From the NCBI GenBank assembly GCA_963575745.1, contig CAUYUJ010000089.1, positions 1 through 64,000 on the forward strand: a stretch of 64,000 bases of DNA, read 5' to 3'. The position numbers were made by a program, and so were the translations under genes. Positions 26,656-38,829 of this stretch are shown here, one piece after another. The notes under the pieces are model-generated. The model was not told the DNA's origin, ran no database searches, and worked only from the letters and a program-made list of their open reading frames with translations. How positions within the stretch are numbered: position 1 is the stretch's first letter; every line of letters starts with the position of its first letter. This stretch comes from Prorocentrum cordatum (Eukaryota).

Positions 26656-26695
26656 CCATCATCCGCCTCCTCCTCCTCCTCCTCCTCCTCCTCCA
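26129..26695. repeat. (CCT)n/(CAT)n microsatellite
   Basis: Read directly; similar tracts at 22537-22716 and 27810-28700. Confidence 0.95.
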
Positions 26696-26979
26696 CTCCT
26701 GTTCCGTTTCCTCACAAATCCGCCATCGTGCCTCGAGGCGCGAAGTGGAGTTACCCCCCAGGCTCTCGTGTGTTCTCTACTCTCTGTAGTCAGGGCTAGG
26801 GGATTCTGGTATTCCCAGGGCTCGGGGATTCTCTACTCTCTGTAGTCAGGGCTAGGGGATTCTCTACTCTCTGTAGTCAGGGCTAGGGGCTGGGGTCCCA
26901 GATTCTCAAATTTCCTTGGCGCGCCCGCGCGCTCCCGGGCTGCCTCGCGTGACTTGTCCATAGGCGAGGGAGCGCAAAG

Positions 26980-27365
26980 ACGGGCCCAGAGGGGCCCAAG
27001 AGGCGCCCGAGAGACCTCGAAGACAGCCCAAGAGCGCTCCAAGACGCCCAAGATGGCCCCATGACGGCCCAAGAGGCCCCAAAGAAGCCCCAAGAGCGCT
27101 CCAAGAGGACCCCCAAGAGGGCCCAAAGAGGCAAAAATCATTGATGTTCCTTATGCTTTTTCGCGTTCTCGCGTTTTCGGGCTTCCGACACTCCAAGATG
27201 GCCCGAGAGGCCCCCGAGACAGCCCAAGAGGCCCACAAGAGAGCTCCAAGACGATCCAAGGTGGCCCCAGAAGGGCCCAACAGGCGCCCAATATCGCCCG
27301 AGAGGGCACCAAGAGGGTCCCAATAGGGGGAACACGAACCGGAGATGCGCCGAAGGCCACTAGAC
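26980..27365 (+). repeat. Dispersed CCCAAGA-rich repeat family
   Basis: Related tracts at 34360-34890 (+), 15950-16420 (-) and 39280-39400 (-); the + copies end in GATG(G/C)GCCGAAG(G/A)CCACTAG. Confidence 0.7.
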
Positions 27366-27809
27366 CTGGCCCGGCACAGAAACGGAAAGAGCGCTGCAGC
27401 AACAGATACCGAAATTACTCACACCACCGTTCGTACCGGGAGCCTTGGCGTTGAGAGCTTGTTACGTCACCCCTCGCGCTTGGGAGCCTTGGGGTTAAGA
27501 GATGGTTGCGTTGCCGCCCGTTCCTGAGCCTTGGCTGGGCCTGGGTGTCAGGAACTTATTACGTCACCGCTCTCTGCTGGGAGCCGTGGTCTAATAGGCT
27601 TGTGTACGTCACCGTTCGCTCTTGGGAGCCTTGGTGTGACGAGCTTTTTGCGTTACCGATGGCTCTTGGCGTCTCTGGGCCTTCGTGGGGGTCCTATTGT
27701 GGCCCTTTTCGGGCCCTCCTGGGGGCCTCTTGTGGGCCTCCTGGGCGCCTCTTGGGGCTTCTTGGGGGTCTGTGGGAGCCTCCTGGGAGCGTCTCGGGGC
27801 GGAAGGCTA

Positions 27810-27949
27810 CGTCATCGTCATCGTCATCGGCATCATCAGTATCCATATCACCATTATCACCAGCAGCAGCATCAGGAGCATCATCACCATCACCATCATC
27901 ATCAGCAGCAGCATCGTCATCAGCATCGTCTTCAGAATCACAAACATCG

Positions 27950-28006
<57 letters not shown>

Positions 28007-28700
28007 GTATCATTACCATCAGCATGAGCATCATAATCATCAAAATCATCAGCAGCAGCAGCATCGTCGCTATCACTACTAATAGCAGTATCATCATCAC
28101 CAACAACAACAGCATAATCAGCATCATCATCATCATCTTACCACCAGCACATCATCATCATCAGCAGCAGCAGCAGCAACAGCCGCATCACCATCAGCAG
28201 CAGCATCAGCAGCAGCACCACCACCACCATCAACATCATCATCATGATCAGCAGCAGCATCAGCAGCAGCATCATCAACATCATCAGCAGCATAATCCTC
28301 ATCAGCAGCAGCATCAACACCACCACAACCATCATCATCTTCATAAGCAGCATCTCCATCATCAGCATCAGCATCATCATCATCATCATCACCATCACCA
28401 TGACCATGACAACCATCGTCATCGTCGTCATCATCATCATCAACATCATCATCAACATCATCATCATCCTCATTGTCATCATCACCACCACTAGCATCAG
28501 CATCATCAGCAGCAGCCTCAGCATCGTCATCAGCAGCATCATCAGGAGCATCATCGCCGTCGTCGTCGTTATCCTGCTCCTCCTCCTCCTCCTCCTCCTC
28601 CTCCTCCTCCTCTACCTACTCCCCCTCTTCTTCCTCGTCCTCCTCCTCCTTCTCCTCCTACTCCTCCTCATCATCATCAGCATCATCATCAGAATCCTCT
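27810..28700. repeat. Degenerate (CAT/CAG)n microsatellite
   Basis: Read directly. Confidence 0.93.
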
Positions 28701-29284
28701 TCATGCTCCTCACGCCCCGAACCAGACCCCATACATCCCATTGGACCCCATGATGGCTTTCTAAAACGTCCTAGAGCCTCCAAGGTATTTTGGGATTGTT
28801 GCTCCTCGTCATCCTCTCCATTCCCAAAATTCCCCCCCCCTCCCCACCCCGCGTCCTCAAGGGAAAGCGAGAGAAGGCGGGGCGAGGAGGAGGCGGAGGA
28901 GGAAGATGAAGCCACGAGGACGAAGATGAGTGAGGCGGGGAGGATCATGCAGGCGGTCGCAGCGAGGGACTCCCAGGGGCAGTGGATCCGAGGCCTGTGC
29001 TCATACACATCCACCGCCTGGAGGGCCCCAGTCCCAGGACGCCAGGGGGCAGTGGATTTAAGTCGGGCCTGTCCCTCTACAGGAGGAAAATTCAAGAACA
29101 GACAAAGAATAGTATGGGAACGACTTTTGGACCATGTTTGAAAATTTGGGTATTCCTGGGGTACTCTTACTTTTCGTCCAAAATCCCCCTGCAGGCGGAC
29201 AGGCCCGACCTAGCAGTGGTTGTCCATACCCACCACCTCCTCAAGTCAGGAAGAAAAAAAAAACACAAACACAATTAATCGTCG

Positions 29285-31294
29285 ATCCCCAAGAAATTAT
29301 CCTGGCGAAGGACCCAACCAGATGCAGCTGCGAGTACCGCAATTGTGAGTATCTTCTTCGATGGCGCTCCCTATGGGGCCACGAACCGTATGAGGGGTGT
29401 GCCGAAATCTGTGCGGTGGGCGCATGGGAGCGGAAGGAGCGCAGCCACTGGGGCCTTCGGTGGAGCTCCCTATGGGGCCACGAAACGTGTGAGGGGTGTG
29501 CCGAAATGGGTGCGGCGCCGCCATGGGGACGCAGCCACTGGGGCCTTCGGTGGAGCTCCCTATGGGGCCACGAAACGTGTGAGGGGTGTGCCGAAATGGG
29601 TGCGGTGGGCGCATGGGAGCGCAGCCACTGGGGCATTCGCTGGAGCTCCCTATGGGGCCACGAAACGTATGAGGGGTGTGCCGAAATGGGTGCGGTGGGC
29701 GCATGGGAGCGCAGCCACGGGTGGCCTTCGCTGGAGCTCCCTATGGGGCCACGAAACGGTTGAGGGTGTGCCGAAAATCTGTGCGGCGGTGGCAATTGGG
29801 AGCGCAGCAAACTGCGGCCTTCGCTGAGCTCCTATGGCGCCCAGAAAGTGTGAGGGGTTTGTGCCGAAATGGAGTTGCGGTGGGCGCATGGAGCGCAGCC
29901 ACTGGGGCCTTCGCTGGAGCTCCCCATGGGACCACGAAACGTGTGATGGGTGTGCCGAAATGGGTGCGGCGGGCGCATGGGAGCGCAGCCACTGGGGCCT
30001 TCGCTGATGGGGCCACGAAACGTGTGAGGGGTGTGCCGAAATGTGTGCGGTGGGCGCATGGGAGCGCAGCCACTGGGGCCTCCGCTGGAGCTCCCTATGG
30101 GGCCACGAAGCGTGTGAGGGGTGTGCCGAAATCTGTGCGGTGGGCGCATGGAAGCGCAGCCACTGGGGCCTTCGCTGGAGCTCCCTATGGGGCCACGAAA
30201 CGTATGAGGGGTGTGCCGAAATGGGTGCGGTGGGCGCATGGGAGCGCAAGGCCTGGGGCCTTCGCGGGAGCTCATATGGGGCCACGAAGGTGTGAGGGGG
30301 TGCCGAAAGGGTGCGCCGGCGAATGGGAGCGCAGCCAATGGGGCCTTCGCTGAAGCGCCCCTATATGGGCCCGAAACGTGTGAGGGGTAATTTTGTGCGG
30401 CGGGCGCATGGGAGCGCAGCCACTGAGCCCACTGGGGCCTTCGGTGGAGCTCCCTATGGGGCCACGAAACGTGTGAAGGGTGTGCCGAAATGGGTGGTGG
30501 GGAGGCATGCGGACCCTGCCACTGGGGCCTTCGGTGGAGCGCCCTATGGGGCCACGAAACGTGTGAGGGGTGTGCCAGAATGGGGGGTGGAACCGCATGC
30601 GGGCGCAGCCACTGGGGCCTTCGGTGGAGCTCCCTATGGGGCCACGAAACGTGTGAGGGGTGTGCCAGAATGGGGGGTGGAACCGCATGCGGGCGCAGCC
30701 ACTGGGGCCTTCGGTGGAGCTCCCTATGGGGCCACGAAACGTGTGGGGGGTGTGCCAGAATGGGGGGTGGAACCGCATGCGGGCGCAGCCACTGGGGCCT
30801 TCGGTGGAGCTCCCTATGGGGCCACGAAACGTGTGAGGGGTGTGCCCGAATGGGGGGTGGAACCGCATGCGGGCGCAGCCACTGGGGCCTTCGGTGGAGC
30901 TCCCTATGGGGCCACGAAACGTATGAGGGGTGTGCCGAAATGTGTGCGGTGGGCGCATGGGAGCGCAGCCACCGGGGCCTTCGCTGGAGCTCCCTATGGG
31001 GCCACGAAGCGTGTGAGGGGTGTGCCGAAATGGGTGCGGCGGGCGCATGGGAGCGCAGCCACTGGGGCCTTCGGTGGAGCTCCCTATGGGGCCACGAAGC
31101 GTGTGAGGGGTGTGCCGAAATGGGTGCGGAGGGCGCATGGGAGCGCAGCCACTGGGGCCTTCGCTGGAGCTCCCTATGATCGTCATGATGGTCATGATGA
31201 TGATGGCAGGAGGGAGGGGGCAGCGGGAGGAGGAGTGAACGCGGGGCGCTGTCTCTTCAAAACGAGGACCCAACACCACAGGATGGTTGGGAAA
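29285..31294 (-). mobile_element. Helentron/HINE-like element carrying 90-bp satellite A (array ~29360-31178, ~20 copies)
   Basis: Unit GGGCCACGAAACGTGTGAGGGGTGTGCCGAAATGGGTGCGG...GGAGCTCCCTATG. Minus-strand 5' TTTCCCAACCA with hairpin; inverted CCCAACCA at 29313-29320 next to an imperfect palindrome at 29289-29305. Confidence 0.55.
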
Positions 31295-31660
31295 TATTGG
31301 AAAATTAGGGAACTGGGCGGGAAGACAAAAACGCGGAAAACATGGGAAAATATGGGGAACATTCTTATTTGTGTGTGTTTATTTGTGTGCCCTTGGGCCC
31401 CTTGATCAAGGTCCTGGAACCTTGGCCCCCCCCAGGCGGTGGGCGAGGGGGGCGCCAGCTCGCCCACCCTGGCCGAGCCCGTCCTGGGCCCCGTGGCTGG
31501 GCCTGGCGCAAGGATCGGCGACGTGGACAGGCGCCGCCCCCCGAGCGGAGAACGCATACAAGTTTTTTGACTCGCGGGTCGAGAGCGCACCTCTTCCGGT
31601 CGATGCTAAGCGGGCCGCGCGGAGCTTGAATAAACCAGAGATGGGGGAGGAGAAGAGGGA

Positions 31661-31844
31661 AGGGGGAACAAAGAGTGGCATAAACATAAAAGCTCTGAGG
31701 TCCGCGCGGATTTCTCGGATCGGCGCTGGGGCCCTCCGGGGGCGCCTCCGGCGCCCTCCCTGGCGCGCTCCGCGCGCCAGGGAGGGGGGTCCGGCGCCGA
31801 TCCGAGAAGTCCGCGCGGACCTCCGAGCTTTTTTTGCTCCCCTA
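31661..31844. mobile_element. Second, degenerate copy of the 36281 MITE family (opposite orientation)
   Basis: Shares CATAAACATAAA..CTCTGAGGTCCGCGCGGATTTCTCGGAT and the internal sequence; the right TIR is partly deleted. Confidence 0.85.
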
Positions 31845-32267
31845 ATACAAGCTCCAGCCTCGGAGGGCTGGGGGGCAAGCCGATTCCGCACGGTGCACCG
31901 CGTCGCGCTTCTAGCGGCACAGGCGGCGCGATGGAGGTCCAGGCCGGGCGAGAGGGGGGATAGCAAAGGGGGGCTTGAGATCAGCTCACGCAGCCGATTT
32001 CCCCGGCGCCTCCCGGCGCCGGAGACGGCCATGTGTCGAAGAATGGGCCCCTCGGTGGGGCCGAAACCAGCCGCATGCAGCAGATTTCGTAACTCGGGAA
32101 TGGACAGATCTCCTTTTAGTAAAACGTGGTGTAGTGAAAACGACCTCGGGCCCAAACCTGGCGGGCGCAAGCCTGGAAAAGGACGGCCGCGGCGCCCTCT
32201 CGAGAACCGAAAACGGACAATTCACTAATCGACGTGTCAGGGTATACGAGGTCTGTCCACCTCCGAG

Positions 32268-32482
32268 TACTCCAGATTTCGTAATAAAAGGGAGGGGGTC
32301 TGGACCCTCCAAGACGAGCCATTTCAGACCCCCCCCCCGTGGGAGAACCCTCCAAAACATCGTCCCCAGACCCCCCCAGGCCCTCCAAGATAGCCTGGGA
32401 GAGACCCCCCCCGAAACGAGACCCCCCTCCCTTTATTACGAAATCTGGAGTAACCCTCCCTTTATTACGAAATCTGGAGTAA
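32268..32482. repeat. Foldback/MITE remnant
   Basis: TACTCCAGATTTCGTAATAAAAGGGAGGG with two inverted copies at ~32425-32482. Confidence 0.65.
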
Positions 32483-32660
32483 CCCCCCCTTTCCCACCCC
32501 ACCCCTTTCGTCCCGCCCGCGAGGCGCGCCCCGGGCAGGCTCCGCGTGTGGCAGCACGGGCACCGCCGCGCGCCGCAGAGCCCGGGGGCGCCGGGCGCGC
32601 CGGCAGGCCCTGGCGGGCAGCCTCCGCTCCGCGGAGGCGCGCCCGCACCGGTGGCCTCTC

Positions 32661-32969
32661 TCAGCTGCCGCCGCCGCTGGCGGCCCTGGGCGGCCAGGCC
32701 GGGGCCACCCGCGCAGTGGCCCCCGCCGTCGTGGGGTCCACGGGTGCGCCCAGGACGGTCGCGTCGAGGCCTTCGGGCCGGCCCTGCGGCGCGGCGGCGC
32801 GGGGCGCCGCCGCGGTGCCCGAGCTGCTGGGGGTCAGAGGCTGCCGAGGGGTGCCGTCGCCGAAGAGGTCCGCGCACTTCAGCGTGCTGATGACGACGGA
32901 GAGGCTTGGCTTGCGAGGGAGGGTGCCGGTCAGGAACTTCAGGTACTGCTCCAGCCCATCGCCCATGTC
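32661..32969 (-). CDS. Terminal exon (DMGDGLEQYLKFLTGTLPRKPSLSVVISTLKCADLFGDG...*), probably the last exon of the host gene
   Basis: High-GC3 frame ending in TGA; acceptor ccaccAG|GAC matches the exon E donor in phase and in the CAGGAC junction repeat. The linkage is inferred. Confidence 0.55.
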   Translation of the reverse strand, partial: DMGDGLEQYLKFLTGTLPRKPSLSVVISTLKCADLFGDGTPRQPLTPSSSGTAAAPRAAAPQGRPEGLDATVLGAPVDPTTAGATARVAPAWPPRAASGGGS

Positions 32970-35900
32970 CTGGTGGGCATCGCTTTGAGCGATCCCCATC
33001 CCCAATGGCATGGCCTTGGCTCCACTGGCCGACTTACCCCCCCCCCTTGGATATAAGGGCAGATGCCTGCTCCCTTCAGGCTTCGCGGGGCCCATCCCCA
33101 CCTGGGCGGTTGACCTGCTGGGGCTGAGACGCCATGGCCCGGCGGGGATGGATCGGTGAAGCTGGCCTTGGCGGGTGCGCAGAGGACAGCGTGAAGCGGA
33201 AGCGTCCAGCGAGGGTGGGCTTGAGCTGCGGGCCGCCAGAGGGCTCGTCGGCTGCCAGAGGCATGCCGCACGAGCCTTCCAGTGGCCCTGGGCGAGGGCC
33301 AACCCCAGCCGAAAGTCGAGTGCTGGTGCTTCCTGTCACGATCAAAAGCTGCCAGAGGAATGAGCAACACGCGGGGCGGGTGGCAGGGCAACGTTAACCA
33401 TGGGTGCTGAGGGGGTTGGCGATGCGACCGTGCCCTACACCAACCCAATAAGCGATAGTGGCGTGAGAAGCACGAGCGGCAGTGCTTCAGAGCGGCGATG
33501 CTTCAGAGTAGCAAAGAACACTGCGGCCCATACTTGTGTCAGCTGCCTGGCCATGAGCCATGACGCTAGCAGTGCTACGGCGAGCAAAACCAAGGCACCG
33601 TGATCACGGCAAACAATTGGCGAGGATGTCAGCCCTCTTCGGTGAACACCCAGTAAGATCGTATTGAACAGGTACGTATAGGTATGGTCTGCACATGTTG
33701 TCGCAGTCGCGAATTATAAGCGTCACGATACAGCGATGCGGTCGGTTCGTATCACCTTTTGCTCAACACGACACTTGGGTGGTAAAGATGTTGGCATACA
33801 TGATTATGGCGCTTTTGCGCTGCCCTGTAGACTTACCTCTACACGTAATGTATGCCAGGAAGCGCGTGTGCATCTACCCCAAGCGGTACTTACCCTGAAG
33901 AGCTCCGATGTGAACGGCGGCTGGCGCCTCTAGCTCCTACCCCCTGTGCTGCCCTTTGTGGTTGCCACCTCCACCTTCGGCTAGCCCTCCTCGCCCCTGC
34001 CCTGGTGACGCCGATTCTGGTTGTCCTGGACAGCGGTTGCCGCTACCCCCGCTAGCGGTTTCTCAGCCACAGCCTAGTCCCACCTAGCTCCTACCCGCGG
34101 TGCCGAGGATAGTGGTTGCTGCGAGTGTGGATTGCCGCAGCACCATATATACTTGTTCTTGGCGAGTTCTCTCCGAGTACTGTATGCTGCAATGTGCCGC
34201 AAGGCGCGAGCGGGAGTGTCCTCAGGTGCCTTGAGCCCTCCTCCCTCAGTCCGAAGGGTTAACTTTCAGGGGCCCCGGCCCCACATTCTCAGATTTCCTG
34301 GGGCGTGGCACTTGTTATCGTGTGCTGCTGCGTGTTCTCGCATGACTTCTTTGGCGGCCAGAAGGCCCCAAAACGGGCCAAGAGGCCCCCAGGATGGGCC
34401 AAGAGGGCCTCGGACCAGATGGCCCAAAGACGCCCAAGAGGCCTCTTAGTTGCCCCAAGAGAACCCCAAGAGCACTTCCAAAAAACAAAAAGAATTGCTG
34501 TTCCATTGGCTTTCGAACTACAGCTCTCTCGCCTTTTCGGACTTCCGCTCCAAGACGGTCCACGAGGCTCCAAAAATCGCCCGAAGACGGCTCAAAAGAT
34601 CCCCCAAGAGGGCCCCCAGACGGTCCAAGAGGATCCCAACGCGGCCCAAGTGGCCCAAGCTCCGCCCCAAGATGACCTCGAGACCGCCAGTAAGCCCACA
34701 AGCCTCCCAGAAGCTCAAGGAGGCCCCCAAGAGGGCACAAAACAGGCCCCCGAGAAGCCAGCAAAAAGCAGCTCAAAACCAACAGCCAGCGGCTTCTGAG
34801 AGGCTTCCCACGAGATCCTCACAGACATCCAAGAGACCTCTGCCTACAATATGGGAAAGGTGGCGGGATGGGCCGAAGACCACTAGTAAGTATACTTGTG
34901 TTTGGGTGCTCTTCACCTAATGATTGTACCGATACGCAAAACAATATTGCCAACGTCGATTGCTATCCCCTAGTTCAAATGTTATGCTTAGCCCCACTAG
35001 CCATGGTTGCAGCCAACACTCAATGTCCCCATCGGGCCCTGCTAGCTAGTGTCCAGTGCCACCAGTCGTGGTTGCCACGACCGCTGTTTGTTATGACTAA
35101 CTTCTACGGAACGTTGTCGGGACCCGAAACTATGACTACCGCTGACGACAGTCGCCACCACCACCCACAACCAGGCCTTACTGCGCACCAGAGCCCCGCC
35201 GTACTTTGAGCAGCATCACGTCGAGCTGTACTGCGGTGATTGCGTGGAGCGTGTACACCACGAATGTTAATCGAATCGCTAGCGGCATCATGATCGTATG
35301 TACACTTGAGCGTGTGTACAATCCTACGCGGACCGAGACAGTTCTCATCCTCATTCCAATGGAAAGTTGCGCTGGCACGCTGGCACTGGTATCAGCATGG
35401 GCCACAACGATGTGAGCAATGCCAGTGGCGGCTGCCTTGCTGCGATTGCGTGTCCACGTCATCTGAATCTGCGTATGTGCCTGCCCAACACCCTGGCTGG
35501 TGGTTAACACTGTGCTTGTCTGGGGGAGGACTGAGATGGGCGTTTGCCAAATGATGACCAGACATAGGCAGCAAAACGGTCTTACCCTGACTCGGGGCTC
35601 AAAACCAACAACCAAAATGAGGCAGATGGAGGCCTATGACCCACAACCCAGCCACGGTGGCGGGATGGGACGGCGGCCATAAACTTCTCGCGTCGAAGCG
35701 CGGCAGAGGCGGTCCGCACGCGAATCCAGGCAGCCCGGGCTACGGTATTGCGAACTGTCCCGCGTGCACAGGGAATAGAAGAGAAGAGGGCCGACCGCGG
35801 AGGAGGAGCGACAAGGGGGGGAAGCCGCACTCACGGAAGGCCATAAACACTCAACTTTCGAAAGTCCGCGCGAACTTGATTGTAGCGGCGCTCCGCGTGG

Positions 35901-36122
35901 AAGGGGCGCCGCCAGGTGTGTCCAGCGCCGACGAAGGGTCTGGCGCGGGCCTCCGAAAGTGTGTGTGTGTGTATGCACTCTGCTGCTCTTCGAATATGGC
36001 AGAACTGTTCTAAGCACTGGCGTCCTCCTCCCCGTGGAGGAACAGGCCCGCCTTCGACTCCCCCTCTCCGACTCGCACCTTTAGAGGCCTCCCAAATCGG
36101 GTCCAAGCAGCTGGAGTCGTAA

Positions 36123-36252
36123 GATCGCGCCGCATCGTCGGTGCATCGACAGTGCGACGGCGACGCTGACGATGCATCGGCGACGTCGGCATGGAGAAAA
36201 TCGGCCTCCGCATCGAGCCGTACCAGCGATGCATCGGCGATGCGGCGCGATC
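36123..36252. repeat. 130-bp foldback element just downstream of the MFS stop
   Basis: GATCGCGCCGCATCGTCGGTGCATCG / CGATGCATCGGCGATGCGGCGCGATC (2 mismatches in 26 bp). Confidence 0.75.
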
Positions 36253-36268
36253 CACCCACCCCGTCTTT

Positions 36269-38359
36269 TCAGACCCCATCTAGGGGAACGAAAAGTGACA
36301 TAAACATAAAGACTCTGAGGTCCGCGCGGATTTCTCGGATAGGCGCTGGACCCCTCTCCCTGGCGCGCGGAGCGCGCAAGGGGCGGCGCCGGAGGCGCCG
36401 CCAGGGGGTCCCAGCGTCGATCCGAGGAATCCGCGCGGACCTCAGAGTTTTTATGTTTATGTCATTCTTCGTTCCCCTACCATCTGGGAGGCCCAGAACC
36501 TTCGCCTCGCCATCGCCTGCGTCGTAGCCTGGCGCGGAGCGGCACTTCTCGCGGGCGTACGGCGTGCGGTAGAAGTCCTCCAGCGCCCTGCCCGCCCAGA
36601 TCTCGCCCCGGGGGTCGCGGGGCAGCATGCGGGCCTTCGCCCAGAGGGCCAGCAGCCCCAGCACGAGCGCGATCCAGATCGCGAGCGCATCGAGCGGGTA
36701 CGGGTAGTTCTCCGAGACCACCAGGGCGCCCAGCCATGGCCAGATAAATACCGCCCTCTGGACGTTCCAAACAAACGACTTCGCGGTATGGAACGTGCCG
36801 TGGAGGTCCGGAGGGACCAGCTTGGCGAGCAGCTCGGGCGTGGAGCCTGCCAATGCCGCGCTCGGGCCCCCGACGAGCGGGAAAAAAACATAGCACACCT
36901 GCCAGTACTCTCCTGGGATGAGGGCGACGCCCACGCCGTACAAAATGGTGACGATGTTCGAAGGAATCCAAATTCCCCTGAAGTCTCCAAACCGCTCGGC
37001 CAAGCGAGGGATCATACAGAGGCAGAAGAAGCCCACGATACCTGTTGGCACGCCGAGGGTGTACATTGTGAGCGTGTCCAGCTCTGTTCGGCGGTACCAC
37101 GTGGTAAAAACCGCAGAACCAGCACTGCCGATCACGTAGTGAATCATTCGGATTCCCAGCAGACTCCTCAGCATAGGCGTTGCAAACACGCGGAGGCTCC
37201 TCCAGGGCTTCAGCAGCTCGTGCCTGTTGCACCACACGTAGCCCCAGATGCTGCTGGCTGTGATGTAATCCGGCTTCAGGGTCTCTGGCAAAAGGAAGAC
37301 AATGACTAATAGCTCAAGGGTGTACGCACAGGCAGCCATGAGCATAACAAGTCGAAGCGACCCATCTACTCTCCAACCACCCTCCCAGCTGAAATGTTCT
37401 GGTTGCGTGCAATACAGTTGGCCCGCGCACTCCTCTTTCCTGAGCGTGAACTCGTTACTCGGACCCCACTTCAAGATCGACATGCCAACTGCCACCGCGA
37501 AGCCCGAGACTATCACCCCGAAGATGCGCAAGCGGGCTTGGATGCCAGTGACGCCGCCCTTTGAGACGTCCCACTGGTTTGGGCTGAACAGATCTCTGAG
37601 CATCGCGTTCCGGAGGGAACCGCCTACGTCGCCTACCAGAGTTAGCACCCGCGTCAGCGCGAAGACAGGAATGGACGGCACCACTGCGAGGAGCCACGTG
37701 CTGATGCAGGAGGCGCTGGAAGCCACCAGCAGCATGCGCTTGCGGGAGACGCGGTCGGCGACGACGCCCCAGCACGGAAACAGGAACGCCTTCAGCAGGC
37801 ACTGGGGGCACTCCGCGGCAGCGTTCATGGTCGCCAGGGCGCTGATGTCGTTGATCAGGTAGTAGCGCATGTACTCCAAGATGACCATAGCCTGCCACGC
37901 GCCGCCCAGCACGCGGCACGCCATGGCGAGCAGCACCACGAGGTAGCAGGCCGACTGGCTCATGCCGGTCCTGCCCTGGAAGTCCGCGGCGAAGGCCTCG
38001 TCGTCCGCCAGGGTGCCATCGCCGCCTGCGCCCTGCGAGTGCGGCTGCGAGCCACCCTCGGAACCCTTCGCCCCCGAGGGCCACAGCGCCGGGCGGCGCA
38101 TGCCAGAGAAGCTCGGGCCCGCGCCCCTCCCCCCCCCCGAACGCAGCCGGGGGGCGAGGCCGGGCCGGCGCGCTGAGCCAGAGAGGGGAAGCGTCGGCAT
38201 CGGCACGGGCGGTGGCTGCGACGACGAAAGCAGCGACGCCGACGCAGCCATGGACTTCACCGGCCAGCCTGGTGACCCGTGGTGCGGCATGCCTCCGCTC
38301 GGGCGGCCGGCGGCACACTCCGTGGAACTGCTGCCGCTGTTCGGCCCTTGATCTGTCAT
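36269..38359 (-). CDS. Major facilitator superfamily transporter (DHA1/TetA-like); single ORF carrying an in-frame MITE near its C-terminus
   Basis: 696-aa ORF with many hydrophobic helices, MFS motif A-like GVVADRVSRKR, LRNAMLRD, FLLPETL (PET motif) and C-half IPRLAERFG. 68 of the last 69 residues come from the 36281-36479 insertion plus TSD. The true start may be a later Met. Confidence 0.85.
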   Translation of the reverse strand: MTDQGPNSGSSSTECAAGRPSGGMPHHGSPGWPVKSMAASASLLSSSQPPPVPMPTLPLSGSARRPGLAPRLRSGGGRGAGPSFSGMRRPALWPSGAKGSEGGSQPHSQGAGGDGTLADDEAFAADFQGRTGMSQSACYLVVLLAMACRVLGGAWQAMVILEYMRYYLINDISALATMNAAAECPQCLLKAFLFPCWGVVADRVSRKRMLLVASSASCISTWLLAVVPSIPVFALTRVLTLVGDVGGSLRNAMLRDLFSPNQWDVSKGGVTGIQARLRIFGVIVSGFAVAVGMSILKWGPSNEFTLRKEECAGQLYCTQPEHFSWEGGWRVDGSLRLVMLMAACAYTLELLVIVFLLPETLKPDYITASSIWGYVWCNRHELLKPWRSLRVFATPMLRSLLGIRMIHYVIGSAGSAVFTTWYRRTELDTLTMYTLGVPTGIVGFFCLCMIPRLAERFGDFRGIWIPSNIVTILYGVGVALIPGEYWQVCYVFFPLVGGPSAALAGSTPELLAKLVPPDLHGTFHTAKSFVWNVQRAVFIWPWLGALVVSENYPYPLDALAIWIALVLGLLALWAKARMLPRDPRGEIWAGRALEDFYRTPYAREKCRSAPGYDAGDGEAKVLGLPDGRGTKNDINIKTLRSARIPRIDAGTPWRRLRRRPLRAPRARERGPAPIREIRADLRVFMFMSLFVPLDGV
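36281..36479. mobile_element. 199-bp MITE with ~69-bp TIRs and 5-bp TSD CCATC
   Basis: TAGGGGAACG...CGTTCCCCTA, 6 mismatches in 69 bp; CCATC at 36276-36280 and 36480-36484. Confidence 0.9.
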
Positions 38360-38829
38360 CAGCTTGGGCGCCCAAAACCACAGCTGACGGAGCTGTCGTG
38401 GCTTGCTGTCGCCGATCTCACGGTCCAGGGAGTAGCAGTCTAGCGGTTTCCCATGTCGCGAAGGCGGTCGAAGGCGGCGTGTGGACCGTGGAACTGCAGC
38501 CGTGCGATCTACGATGCAACGAAGCCAACCAACCCTCTGAGCATAGGCGGTTTAAGGCATCGGTTTTCCAAAATACAATTGAAAAGCCTGGCGAAGGACC
38601 CTGCCGAATGTTGCTGCGTGTAGCGCCAGATAGGGGCCCCACCTCCTAGTTATCATTTTGCTGGTCGTCCTCACCTTCTGATGATCCTCCTCCTCCTCCT
38701 CCTCCTCCCTCACTCCGCCTCCTCCTCCTCCTGCCTCCTACTCCTCCTCCTCCTCCTACCTCCCCCTCCTCCTCCTCCTCCTCCCTCCTCCTCCCTCCTC
38801 CTCCTCCTCCTCCTTCTCCTCCCTCGTGT

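Noticed and set aside
25937..28753. Poly-His/Ile/Asp/Met ORFs
   Set aside because: (CAT)n microsatellite artefacts.
29134..31405. Long ORFs over 90-bp satellite A
   Set aside because: Open in several frames on both strands simply because the unit is a stop-poor multiple of 3.
33300..35600. Missing RT/RNaseH of the retrotransposon
   Set aside because: I could not find RT (YVDD/HVDD) or RNaseH motifs by eye; left unassigned.
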